64,000 bases of DNA from a virus: positions 32,001 to 96,000 of IMG/VR virus record IMGVR_UViG_3300042542_003555. The stretch is one strand, 5' to 3'. Below, piece after piece: positions 29,750-38,755 of this stretch. Under the pieces are notes generated by a model, which was given only the letters and a program-made list of their open reading frames with translations, was not told the origin of the DNA and did not search any database. Position 1 is the first letter of the stretch, and each line of letters starts with the position of its first letter. Made by a program: the position numbers and the translations under genes.

Positions 29750-30165
29750 TATCTAGTCCTCTTTAATAGAAGATTTAGTGTTGTTGACGCAGTATTATTG
29801 GCAATATAGAAGGTTATGGTTGCAGTATAACCATTTTCATCATTATTCATTCTAACTACAATTGGTGATGTAATTTGATCTGAATCATCAAAAGAAACTC
29901 TAGGCTCATAGTTCTCAATACATCTTCTTATCTCATTTTCAATAACAGCTTCCATTTGCCTGCTTGTGTTTTCAAATAAGAGACCAGTTAAATTCGAACC
30001 TAGTCTTGGCTGAAAAGGTCTTTCATAAAAATTTGTAAGCAATAGATTTCTGACGGAACGAAGCACAGCTTGTTCATCGTAACTGATAGCTACATCTCCA
30101 GTAGCAGGATTTCGATTGAAAGTCAAATCCAGGTCAGAATATATTTTTTTAAGTGTTTTTGCCAT
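29749..30165 (-). CDS. gp25: Baseplate wedge subunit gp25
   Basis: YSDLDL..SVRNLLLTNFYERPFQP..YEPRV. Confidence 0.95.
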   Translation of the reverse strand: MAKTLKKIYSDLDLTFNRNPATGDVAISYDEQAVLRSVRNLLLTNFYERPFQPRLGSNLTGLLFENTSRQMEAVIENEIRRCIENYEPRVSFDDSDQITSPIVVRMNNDENGYTATITFYIANNTASTTLNLLLKRTR

Positions 30166-30169
30166 CTAC

Positions 30170-30176
30170 TATTTAT
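30170..30176 (-). promoter_or_regulatory. Late promoter-like box (ATAAATA)
   Basis: Immediately upstream of gp25. Confidence 0.5.
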
Positions 30177-31057
30177 GTTGCTATTTTAGACTTTAAGTAG
30201 TCGGTTCCTACTAAATTATTAATTAGATAGTTTTGTGTATTGCTTATATTTGAAAATCTACTTAAAAATGCGTAATCTCTGTTTACTTGTATGGTAGCTT
30301 GATAAAACGTCCAATCATCATCAATTCTGCGATATACTTGATTATAAAGTCCTCTAAATGAGACATTCATTGTTTGCATTTGAGATGCAGACAGTGTGCA
30401 AGTATTTGACCATCCTAATATAGGAGAATACACTCTTGTTGTATTTGTATTGATTAAGTTTGTATAATAATTAAATGTAGTCACATTTCCTGAAAGTTCG
30501 TCGCCAATAAACAAACTAGTCATTGCACCTAGACCACCAATGGCATTAGCAATACCATTAGTCTTATTTAACATGAAAGTATTCTCATTACCATATGTCA
30601 TAACAGAATCAAAAGTTGGGGATAATTCAGTTGCAGTATTTGCAGAGACACCCGAAACATTGTTTGTATGAGAAATAAAGTTACTCAATAACAAAGTCAC
30701 CGCTACTATATTATTTGCATTTGACAGATATGAAATATTGTTTCCATCAGCACCAAGAATTGAATTCACTACATCCTGTGCACCAGATGAAGTAAAGGTT
30801 ACATTAATCATGGTACTACCAAATGAGTTAATAGTGCTTATTAAATTGCTAGTTACGTTTTTTACAGGATTTTTATAATATGTTGACCTACTAATTGGTC
30901 CGTTTTGCAAATCTGTTTTTTGCCAAGAACTAAATGTGATACTGTTTGAACTCGCATTTAGCATGTTCTTTGCATCGTCACTTATGTTAATTGCATCGCC
31001 AAATTTACTCGAATCAAACGTATATTCATATCTCTCAAAGACACTATTTGCTGACAT
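30173..31057 (-). CDS. Hypothetical protein (baseplate region)
   Basis: Long ORF between the gp5 C-part and gp25. Confidence 0.6.
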   Translation of the reverse strand: MSANSVFERYEYTFDSSKFGDAINISDDAKNMLNASSNSITFSSWQKTDLQNGPISRSTYYKNPVKNVTSNLISTINSFGSTMINVTFTSSGAQDVVNSILGADGNNISYLSNANNIVAVTLLLSNFISHTNNVSGVSANTATELSPTFDSVMTYGNENTFMLNKTNGIANAIGGLGAMTSLFIGDELSGNVTTFNYYTNLINTNTTRVYSPILGWSNTCTLSASQMQTMNVSFRGLYNQVYRRIDDDWTFYQATIQVNRDYAFLSRFSNISNTQNYLINNLVGTDYLKSKIAT

Positions 31058-31066
31058 AATCTATCC

Positions 31067-31969
31067 TCATGCTGAAATTAATGGTGGTGTAAATCCTGGT
31101 TTCGTTGCTGCTGGTCCTTCTCCTGCATCTGGAACAATTGGAAGTCCTGTAGCTCCTTCTGGATGTGGATGAAAGTGAGTATTATATGTTACTCTTAGTT
31201 TTGATAGTGACCCAAATATATCTCTTGTGTAGATAGTATTCATGATTCCTATGTTTCCAAATAATCCATTGAATGTTGGTGCAGAAACGGACGTTAGTGC
31301 TATGACAACTCCTGTAGGTAATACTGGTCCAGGTAAAGTAAACCCCACGTTCAATCCGCCCAAAGTTTCAATGCCACCATAGGCAAACAATTTATAACCC
31401 GCAGATATGTTTTCTCCTGCTGTAATACTGTTACCAACTCTGAGTGCACCCGCAACCGTCAAGTCTCCATTCACAACAACACTATTACCTGTATTTAGGT
31501 AAATATTTGGTGCTGTAATAGGATTAATGGAATCTAATCCAGTGCCTGCTGTGATGTTTATATCGCCACCCGAAGTAACTTCTAGGTCTCCATCTGCAAC
31601 AATTGTTCCTGTGCCTTTTACAATTGCATTTAAATTTTCATTTATCTGTGCAAATACGCTTCCTCTTACTTCAAGCTTTGCATCAGCGTATACTTGAATA
31701 TTACAAACACCTTCAATTACAATATTGTTATTGTTGACAACAACTGTAAAATTGTTTCCTGCTATGGTAGTTTGCATTGAACCATCTGGCTCTATCCAAA
31801 CTTGAGTATTACTTTTGGCATGTTGCAATATGATTTGTTCATTATCTGGTGTATCATCCAAAATAAACATGTGACCCGCTTCTGTTTGCTGCCCATGTAT
31901 ATATGGATATGTTCCGGGGTTAGGAGAAGTTGCTACACCTACACTACCTAATGGAAGATTATATGCCAT
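31067..31969 (-). CDS. Central spike gp5, C-terminal beta-helix part
   Basis: YPY..TEAGH..LDDTP..E.I...H motif, beta-helix repeats, HFHPH tip. Confidence 0.75.
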   Translation of the reverse strand: MAYNLPLGSVGVATSPNPGTYPYIHGQQTEAGHMFILDDTPDNEQIILQHAKSNTQVWIEPDGSMQTTIAGNNFTVVVNNNNIVIEGVCNIQVYADAKLEVRGSVFAQINENLNAIVKGTGTIVADGDLEVTSGGDINITAGTGLDSINPITAPNIYLNTGNSVVVNGDLTVAGALRVGNSITAGENISAGYKLFAYGGIETLGGLNVGFTLPGPVLPTGVVIALTSVSAPTFNGLFGNIGIMNTIYTRDIFGSLSKLRVTYNTHFHPHPEGATGLPIVPDAGEGPAATKPGFTPPLISA

Positions 31970-31978
31970 TATTTTTCC

Positions 31979-32845
31979 TTAAAATATCGTCACGTTCACA
32001 ATTGGTTTTGCTGGTTTGTTCACAGCATTTTTTATAACATTCAACATATTATTTACTGAGGAATCTACTGTCTCTGAAAAATTATCAAGAGATTGACCAA
32101 TAGCTTCAGCACCTGCAACCACAGCCTGCGTTGCCTGCTCTGCTAGAGTTATGTTTCTTTGCAGTGCTTGAATTTCACCTAATAGTCCACCTGTATCTAA
32201 TCCTAACGTCACTGAGAGTGCAGAAGCAATAGCATTTTTTATAGCAGTAATACATTCTGCTAAAGCTTGACCAATTAGAGCAGGTAAATTGGCAACAAAA
32301 TTAATTAATGCTGCAATGTATCTTTCAACTTGCGCCAACAGTAAAGCACCAACAACATATGTTTCTATCAGTTTGTTGATATATCTTAATTTCTCTGCTA
32401 TATATCTTGCTATTTCAGTTATAGATGTTGCAAGTGGACCACTGATACCTAGTGCATTAAGTGCTGATTGAACAATTGCTCTGATTGTCTGCACAATTTG
32501 TTGAAATTTTGAACTCTTTATGAAAGCTTCTAGCTGTAAAACAGGATTACCTAATGCTAAGTTTGGAACTTTAAGTCCACTTCTACCTAATACCATTTGA
32601 GTATTTTTTGGTAACGGTGAACTGAAAGGTTCGCAGAAATGAAAACCTGGTCTATTGTTGGGCGATAGCGCACCATTAAACACACCTCTGAATGTGTTTG
32701 CTGTCTTTTGAATTCCTTCAATCTGTGCATCAGTAAAGAAACCTGTAGATGGTGGATTTTTTTCTATGATATAAATTTGACCATTATTTGCAAGTTCATA
32801 GGTCTCACCAACTCTAACTCCACTGAGATTAATGTTTACTGTCAT
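31979..32845 (-). CDS. Helical hypothetical protein between the gp5 halves
   Basis: Amphipathic helix-rich ORF. Confidence 0.6.
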   Translation of the reverse strand: MTVNINLSGVRVGETYELANNGQIYIIEKNPPSTGFFTDAQIEGIQKTANTFRGVFNGALSPNNRPGFHFCEPFSSPLPKNTQMVLGRSGLKVPNLALGNPVLQLEAFIKSSKFQQIVQTIRAIVQSALNALGISGPLATSITEIARYIAEKLRYINKLIETYVVGALLLAQVERYIAALINFVANLPALIGQALAECITAIKNAIASALSVTLGLDTGGLLGEIQALQRNITLAEQATQAVVAGAEAIGQSLDNFSETVDSSVNNMLNVIKNAVNKPAKPIVNVTIF

Positions 32846-32855
32846 TTTTCATTTC

Positions 32856-33227
32856 CTATGTTGATATAAACTGTGGAGGAACTTTAGTATCATTTCCAAC
32901 ACCAGTTGTCACATTATTAAATGCTGAGAAAGTTCCAAACATCACAGGCGCCTGACCAGATTCGCCATCCAAAAAGAAACCTATAACCCAATCACCAACT
33001 CTCAGTTGATGCATTGTGGTAGATGCAGGTGAAGTTATTGGGTATATTGGCTGTGCCCACGGTAAATCTTGAACAGGTACTTTAGCATCCATTTCTGGTG
33101 AACCATCACCATGCCAACCAAAAATTCTTACCTTGCATCTACCAAGACCTAGTGGATCCATTCTATCTTGAATCACTCCTATCCACCATATAAACCCATT
33201 TTTTCCTATAAAATGTGGTTCATACAT
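32856..33227 (-). CDS. gp5: Central spike gp5, stand-alone N-terminal OB-fold
   Basis: FIWWIGVIQDRMDPLGLGRCKVRIFGWH..LPWA..GDWVIGFFLDG. Confidence 0.85.
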   Translation of the reverse strand: MYEPHFIGKNGFIWWIGVIQDRMDPLGLGRCKVRIFGWHGDGSPEMDAKVPVQDLPWAQPIYPITSPASTTMHQLRVGDWVIGFFLDGESGQAPVMFGTFSAFNNVTTGVGNDTKVPPQFIST

Positions 33228-34600
33228 TATGACATCCTCGCTCTTTGAATATTGCCGCTGCTATTATCAGTCAATTGATTTTGATACGATAAACTATCTG
33301 TTACTGCTTCAACAACACACAAATATTGTCCTCTGAAGTTGAGTATGTGTCTAATTGCTGAAACTAGATAGTAACCTGAGTAATATTTATTGATTGCTTT
33401 TTTTCCCGTATCATCTTCAAGTGATAATGAGGGAACATTTAATTTTACTTTAGACCCCACCTTCAAGTTTGCATCTCCATAGATTGTAAACTCTACGATA
33501 GCTGATCTTGATAGACCAATCTGTGCGGTTCTATTGGGTAAGTATGTCTCAATATCAATACTTGGTGCTACTGTTGCTAGAGAATCTCTATTTTTTATAA
33601 GTGGATTTTCTCTTTCCTTTGCGTTTGTGGTCATCACTTTAAATGCAGCATTTGTCATTTGACTTGCAGTTTTACCTTTTCTATTTTCATACCCATTTGT
33701 CAAAGGATGTTGATTTAATGTTGTGGCATTTGGAAAATACTCGTCATACTTAAACTCTGTAACTTGATATGTTTGTAACAGAGGATCTATTGTTAATAAC
33801 TTATTGGCATATAATCCTATTTGTGTGGCTTGTAGAGAATCGAAGTGCTTTTTGATATTGAATGATAGCATATTTCTTATACCATATTCAAGATATTCTC
33901 TATCGGTTGGAGAATAAACGCTTATAGGACTAAAGAAATATTCAGCATAGGTTGGATTACTTGAATCGCTGTATAGAGATTGTAGAGATTTGAACTTGTA
34001 ACCATCTACAGTGTCAAAGAAAATCATATCTGCACCAGGTTTGTTGCTTTGTACCTTTGCTGGTTTAGCATAGCCACATAACCACTGTATTGCTTCTAAT
34101 GGGTTTTTGTTTGATATAATAAAACTATAGGCTCCTTCAGTTTCATCAATGTCACGAACTCTTCCTGAGTTTAATTCAGTATCTAGGATATCATTTATAA
34201 TTTCACTTATTCTTTTCTCTTTGTATGACTTAACAACTTTGGTCTGTTGATTCAGAAAAACATCTTCTGATACAAAATTTATTGTGAATTCTTCATTACC
34301 TCTTGTTACTGGGTTATTATTTGCAATTTTATGAATTCTAAAATATGCATCATTCAATGAATTCTGATCACCAAATCTTGAAAAACTTATTTTTAAAAAA
34401 TTAAATCCATTAATATTGAATATTTCAATGAAACCTTGTGAGTCCGTCAAAGATACATGACCAGAAACCACGCCAGAGTACATGTCTTCATAAATCGACA
34501 ACTCAATGATAGATGGTTTTAAATTAATTATTTGTCCGCTTGATGTTATGAGGTCAACATTTGAAATAATAAATTCTTGCGGATTGGTAATATTTGTCAT
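33227..34600 (-). CDS. Baseplate hub protein (gp27/VgrG-hub-like)
   Basis: ELSIYED..SG..SLTDS; FFDT..GYKFKS; SGYYLVSAIRH; lies between gp53 and gp5. Confidence 0.65.
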   Translation of the reverse strand: MTNITNPQEFIISNVDLITSSGQIINLKPSIIELSIYEDMYSGVVSGHVSLTDSQGFIEIFNINGFNFLKISFSRFGDQNSLNDAYFRIHKIANNNPVTRGNEEFTINFVSEDVFLNQQTKVVKSYKEKRISEIINDILDTELNSGRVRDIDETEGAYSFIISNKNPLEAIQWLCGYAKPAKVQSNKPGADMIFFDTVDGYKFKSLQSLYSDSSNPTYAEYFFSPISVYSPTDREYLEYGIRNMLSFNIKKHFDSLQATQIGLYANKLLTIDPLLQTYQVTEFKYDEYFPNATTLNQHPLTNGYENRKGKTASQMTNAAFKVMTTNAKERENPLIKNRDSLATVAPSIDIETYLPNRTAQIGLSRSAIVEFTIYGDANLKVGSKVKLNVPSLSLEDDTGKKAINKYYSGYYLVSAIRHILNFRGQYLCVVEAVTDSLSYQNQLTDNSSGNIQRARMS

Positions 34601-35211
34601 TATGTTCTATAAAGCTTTCTAAACTGATCTTCAATATTTGAAACATAATCTTTATCGATTATACCAATGTCTCTTTTAGATTCGTTTAAGTTATATTCAT
34701 AATCATATGCATTAACTTCAGCTTTACTAATTGTTTGTTTGACTTGAGAATTGTCTGGTAAAATATATGTGGTTATTCCTACCTGCGTATTTGCATATTC
34801 ATATTGATCAATGATCGTAATAAATTCTGTTGTTTCTCCAGACAAAGGATCCTCATTTATCATCTTTTTTTCGTAGTGATGAATTTCTAGGACTGCATTA
34901 CTTACAGACCCATACTTATCATTCAAATATAGTATGAAGTTTTGAGGTGTCAGTGGCCAATCATACTGAAGGTCTTGTAGTTTATTTTGGTTTGAAAGAG
35001 AAAGTAACCAAAACTGTTCTGGTGCACCATAATACTTATCTGCTATGACTTCTGGTAAATCACTATCCGTTATACTGTAATCATAGAATAAAAGAGGTTC
35101 TTTTGTCAATTGATTAATGAGATAGGTTCTTGTCATTACATTCTTCATAATGACTGTACTTCCATCTTTTTGAGGATAGTTAATGTATGGTAATTGTGAA
35201 AAGTATTTCAT
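34600..35211 (-). CDS. gp53: Baseplate wedge subunit gp53
   Basis: MKYFSQLP..PEVIADKYYG..DWPL..YEYNLNESKR. Confidence 0.9.
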   Translation of the reverse strand: MKYFSQLPYINYPQKDGSTVIMKNVMTRTYLINQLTKEPLLFYDYSITDSDLPEVIADKYYGAPEQFWLLSLSNQNKLQDLQYDWPLTPQNFILYLNDKYGSVSNAVLEIHHYEKKMINEDPLSGETTEFITIIDQYEYANTQVGITTYILPDNSQVKQTISKAEVNAYDYEYNLNESKRDIGIIDKDYVSNIEDQFRKLYRT

Positions 35212-36200
35212 TAATATTTACCGTCTTGTATTTTCTTTTTGTCTATAATATTCAATTCTTTGAATGATAGTGTAAGTCTGGTTTGAAGTGGATAACCTTC
35301 TGGACCAATAGCAGCCCAACCCGCACCAGACGCAGCATAGTCAACGTCAACACGTTCTAAAACACACTCATCTATTTTATGTAATTGTTTATTTACTCCA
35401 GTAGAGTTACGAAATTCAATGTTGAAAGTGTCTGGCATCTTAAAGAATAGATCATTGTTTATCGCTCCACCACCAATTTCTGGAGCTGAATAATATTTAA
35501 ATTTGTATATAATTTCTCTAATTGATTCTGCTTCTTTTTGAGTTTTTGGGGTAAGTAAAAAATTAAATTGAAATGTTCTTAATGCTGTTGCTTTAAATAA
35601 TAATTGTACTTGTGGATTAATTGCTAAACCTTGCGCTTTCAATAATGCATCAACAGGAAGAAGATCCGAACTAAATTTTCTCACTAATGCTAGTACACCA
35701 GGATTTGAAGTTACTGTGTTGAGAGGATGTCTTACTGCTTGTCCTCCTAATCTTCCTTCTCCATCAAACAATGCTCCAGCTGCTTTACCATAATATACAA
35801 GAGTATAGTCACTTAAATCATCTTCCTGATATGCATTTGTATATTCTGCCGTAAGAGTATCGGGCATATATAACAGCATATGATCTTTTGCGATTGTAGT
35901 TGACGGTTTAATTCTTATACCTAGAGGATTAAATCCTGGGACATTAGTTATTACTGGCGTAACTCCCGAAGAAGTTATATTTCCACCTGTAAGAGTAGAA
36001 TTATTTCTGGTTAGACCATCAACTTGTTGCACATTCGGATTGCTTATTATTGCGTCATATGAAGGCGTTTGAATCTCATTTACTGAAAAATAAATATAGT
36101 GACTTCTAGTTTCTGAACCTAAATCATCAGGAAACGCTGTAATAGTGCCACCTTTAAAATTGGCAGAATTTTGAATTAATTCTTGTAGAGGTCTAGGCAT
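35211..36200 (-). CDS. gp48: Baseplate tail-tube cap gp48
   Basis: LYMP..NPQVQLLF..RTFQFNFLLTPK..CVLERVDVDY..LSFKE. Confidence 0.85.
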   Translation of the reverse strand: MPRPLQELIQNSANFKGGTITAFPDDLGSETRSHYIYFSVNEIQTPSYDAIISNPNVQQVDGLTRNNSTLTGGNITSSGVTPVITNVPGFNPLGIRIKPSTTIAKDHMLLYMPDTLTAEYTNAYQEDDLSDYTLVYYGKAAGALFDGEGRLGGQAVRHPLNTVTSNPGVLALVRKFSSDLLPVDALLKAQGLAINPQVQLLFKATALRTFQFNFLLTPKTQKEAESIREIIYKFKYYSAPEIGGGAINNDLFFKMPDTFNIEFRNSTGVNKQLHKIDECVLERVDVDYAASGAGWAAIGPEGYPLQTRLTLSFKELNIIDKKKIQDGKY

Positions 36201-36230
36201 TTTAACATAAATTAATTGGTGAGATAAGTA

Positions 36231-36238
36231 TATTTATA
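36231..36238 (-). promoter_or_regulatory. T4 late promoter TATAAATA driving the gp48-baseplate operon
   Basis: Exact consensus at the divergent gp48/gp4 junction. Confidence 0.75.
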
Positions 36239-36657
36239 TGGCATACTCAGGAAGATTCAAACCCACAAACCCGCAAAAATACATAGGCGACCACAAAAAT
36301 ATCATTTATAGGTCCTCATGGGAATGTCGTGTTATGTCGTGGTTAGACAAGAATCCTGACATTATAAGTTGGGGTTCAGAAGAACTTATCATTCCATACA
36401 AATCTCCTGTTGATGGTAAATACCATAGATACTTTCCAGACTTCATAGTAAAGACAAAAAACAAAACAATGATCATTGAAGTCAAGCCAGACAGAGAAAC
36501 TAGAGAACCCAAACCCAAAAAACGAATCACAAAACAATACCTACAGGAAGTCATGACCTATGGTGTCAATCAATCTAAGTGGAAAGCGGCACAGGAATAC
36601 TGCTTAGATCGAGGTTGGGAGTTCAAAGTAATCACAGAGAAACACCTAGGAATCTAA
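36238..36657 (+). CDS. gp4: Head completion nuclease gp4
   Basis: YSGRFKPTNPQKY.GD..IIYRSSWE..HRYFPDF..IEVKP. Confidence 0.95.
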   Translation: MAYSGRFKPTNPQKYIGDHKNIIYRSSWECRVMSWLDKNPDIISWGSEELIIPYKSPVDGKYHRYFPDFIVKTKNKTMIIEVKPDRETREPKPKKRITKQYLQEVMTYGVNQSKWKAAQEYCLDRGWEFKVITEKHLGI

Positions 36658-36665
36658 CATAAATA
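36658..36665 (+). promoter_or_regulatory. Late promoter (CATAAATA)
   Basis: Directly upstream of gp2. Confidence 0.55.
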
Positions 36666-36669
36666 CCAC

Positions 36670-37278
36670 ATGGAATCCAAACTAACAAACCTAGCAAAAC
36701 AACGGTCTGAACTAGAATACAATCTTCTTTCGAGAGATAGTATCAACTGGTTTCAGCAAAAGGTCAGAGATGTCAGAAATCCTACTAATGAGATTATGGC
36801 CATTGCTAGAGAAAGACAAAGAAGAACCACTTTTCCAGTCTTAGGCAAATTATACTTTTTTAATTATGACCCAAAGTTTGCAGATGTTTTACCATACTAT
36901 GATATTTTTCCTTTGGTATTGATACTTAGAAGATATAATGATGGTTTTCTTGGCTTGAATTTGCATTATTTGCCAATACTCTATCGTGCCGCATTTTTGG
37001 ATAGATTGATGAATTTGGCAGTATTGGATGATAATGATCATCCTGAGAGGGTTAAAATATCCTATAGTATTCTCGACACATCTAGGAGATATAAAGCGTT
37101 TGAGCCCTGTCTGAAGCGTTATCTGTACGGTCAAATGGGGTCAAGACTGCTCAAAGTTGAGCCAAATGAGTGGGAAACAGCACTATTTTTGCCAGTGGAA
37201 AAGTTTAGGTCTGGTAATAAAGCTATCAGTAAAAATAAAGTGTTTAAAGAATCCATCCAAAAGATAAGGAAGAAGTAG
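36670..37278 (+). CDS. gp2: DNA end protector gp2
   Basis: YDPK..LPYYD.FPL..GFLGLNLHYLP..KRYL. Confidence 0.92.
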   Translation: MESKLTNLAKQRSELEYNLLSRDSINWFQQKVRDVRNPTNEIMAIARERQRRTTFPVLGKLYFFNYDPKFADVLPYYDIFPLVLILRRYNDGFLGLNLHYLPILYRAAFLDRLMNLAVLDDNDHPERVKISYSILDTSRRYKAFEPCLKRYLYGQMGSRLLKVEPNEWETALFLPVEKFRSGNKAISKNKVFKESIQKIRKK

Positions 37279-37279
37279 G

Positions 37280-37798
37280 ATGCCAAAAAGTATATCAGAA
37301 ATTCTTGGTGAATTTCAGAAAAAAGGATTTGCTAGACAAGCAAGATTCGAGGTTACATTTGCATCGCCCAATTTATTCGATGAAGTCGATGTGCAAAGAA
37401 AAAATGAATTACAATTTAGATGTGAAACTGCTCAGTTACCAAGTAGAACTATCATGACAACTGAACAAAAAATTTATGGTTACGCTGAAAAATATCCATA
37501 TGCAACATCATATGATGATATAACCCTTAATTTTTTTGTTTCTGAAAATATGGGAGAAAAGAAACTTTTTGATAACTGGTTGAATTATGTACATCCAAAA
37601 TCTACTTATAATATGAGATTTAAAAATCAATACGAAACTACCATAACAATAAAGCAGTATGACATGGAAAATGTAAACACACATACTGTTAAATTATTGG
37701 AAGCATATCCTATAGCCGTAGGTGAGTTGGAGTTAAACTGGGCGTCAGAGTCAATTCATATTTTGCCAGTAGTTTTTGCTTATAGTAGATGGGAATAA
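37280..37798 (+). CDS. Tail tube family protein (gp54/gp19-like initiator)
   Basis: ARQARFEV..CETAQLP..LLEAYP..L.W. Confidence 0.75.
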   Translation: MPKSISEILGEFQKKGFARQARFEVTFASPNLFDEVDVQRKNELQFRCETAQLPSRTIMTTEQKIYGYAEKYPYATSYDDITLNFFVSENMGEKKLFDNWLNYVHPKSTYNMRFKNQYETTITIKQYDMENVNTHTVKLLEAYPIAVGELELNWASESIHILPVVFAYSRWE

Positions 37799-37836
37799 AA
37801 TTTGTTTAATTTAAAATGTTTAAGTAGGAGATTATA

Positions 37837-38565
37837 ATGCCTTTACCAAAAGTTGATGTGGTGACATATGACTTGAAATTACCAATATCAAATAAAACAA
37901 TTAGATATCGTCCGTTTCTTGTAAAAGAACAGAAAATTCTTTTGATGTCAGCAGAATCAGAAAATGCTGAAGTGATTGAAAGAGGAATGAGACAAATATT
38001 ACAGAATTGTTGTTTAGATAATATTGATGTAGAAAATCTAAGTTTGCTTGATGTTGAATATTTTTTCATGAACGTTCGTGCTGTTTCTGTTGGAGAAATA
38101 GTAGAGAATAAATTTAGATGTAAAAATTTAGTCGAAGGTGAAGTGTGTGATAACCTAATGACTGTTGATATTAATTTAAATGAAATAAAAGTCGAAGGAT
38201 TAGAAACATATAAAGATATCATTCCAATTACAGACAAAATTGGAGTGAAGATGACTTTACCAAAGTATTCTTTGATTGGAAAAGCAGTTACATATGATAA
38301 TGAATTTGGTACCGACTTTATTTTTGACTTGTTTGTTGATTGTATTGAATACATTTATGATGGCGAACAAATATTTTATACCAAAGAAGTTGATAGAAAA
38401 GAAGTTGTAGAATTTTTAGAAAACTTAAACTCTGAACAATTTGAAAAAGTTCAAGGTTATTTTAGTAATATTCCAAAGCTAGACAAGACAAAAGAAGTAG
38501 ATTGTAGTAAGTGTGGTTTTCATCATAAAATTGAATTTGATGGAATTGAAAGTTTTTTCGAATGA
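37837..38565 (+). CDS. gp26: Baseplate hub assembly protein gp26
   Basis: LPK..YRPFLVKEQKILL..D.EY.F..RA.SVGE..CSKCG..FF. Confidence 0.9.
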   Translation: MPLPKVDVVTYDLKLPISNKTIRYRPFLVKEQKILLMSAESENAEVIERGMRQILQNCCLDNIDVENLSLLDVEYFFMNVRAVSVGEIVENKFRCKNLVEGEVCDNLMTVDINLNEIKVEGLETYKDIIPITDKIGVKMTLPKYSLIGKAVTYDNEFGTDFIFDLFVDCIEYIYDGEQIFYTKEVDRKEVVEFLENLNSEQFEKVQGYFSNIPKLDKTKEVDCSKCGFHHKIEFDGIESFFE

Positions 38566-38753
38566 TTTTTAGTCATGATACTTTGGAAAACTATTTCACA
38601 ATGAATTTTAGTTTGATGCAGCACCATAAGTATAGCCTAACGGAAATTGAGAACATGATTCCGTGGGAAAGAGATGTATATGTGGGAATGTTGATTAGTT
38701 ATATTAGAGAAGAAAACGAAAGAATTAGAGATAAAAACAAAGCGAGATCATAA
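38562..38753 (+). CDS. gp51: Baseplate hub assembly catalyst gp51-like
   Basis: NFSLMQHHKYSLTEIENMIPWERDVY. Confidence 0.85.
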   Translation: MIFSHDTLENYFTMNFSLMQHHKYSLTEIENMIPWERDVYVGMLISYIREENERIRDKNKARS

Positions 38754-38755
38754 AA

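Noticed and set aside
1296-35000. Many plus-strand ORFs in the track, also 45490..45825
   Set aside because: Antisense shadows of Gly/Ala/Thr-rich genes or of the tmRNA, lacking RBS and protein motifs
36238-36657. TnsA transposase of a Tn7-like element
   Set aside because: Sequence and synteny identify it as T4 gp4 head completion protein
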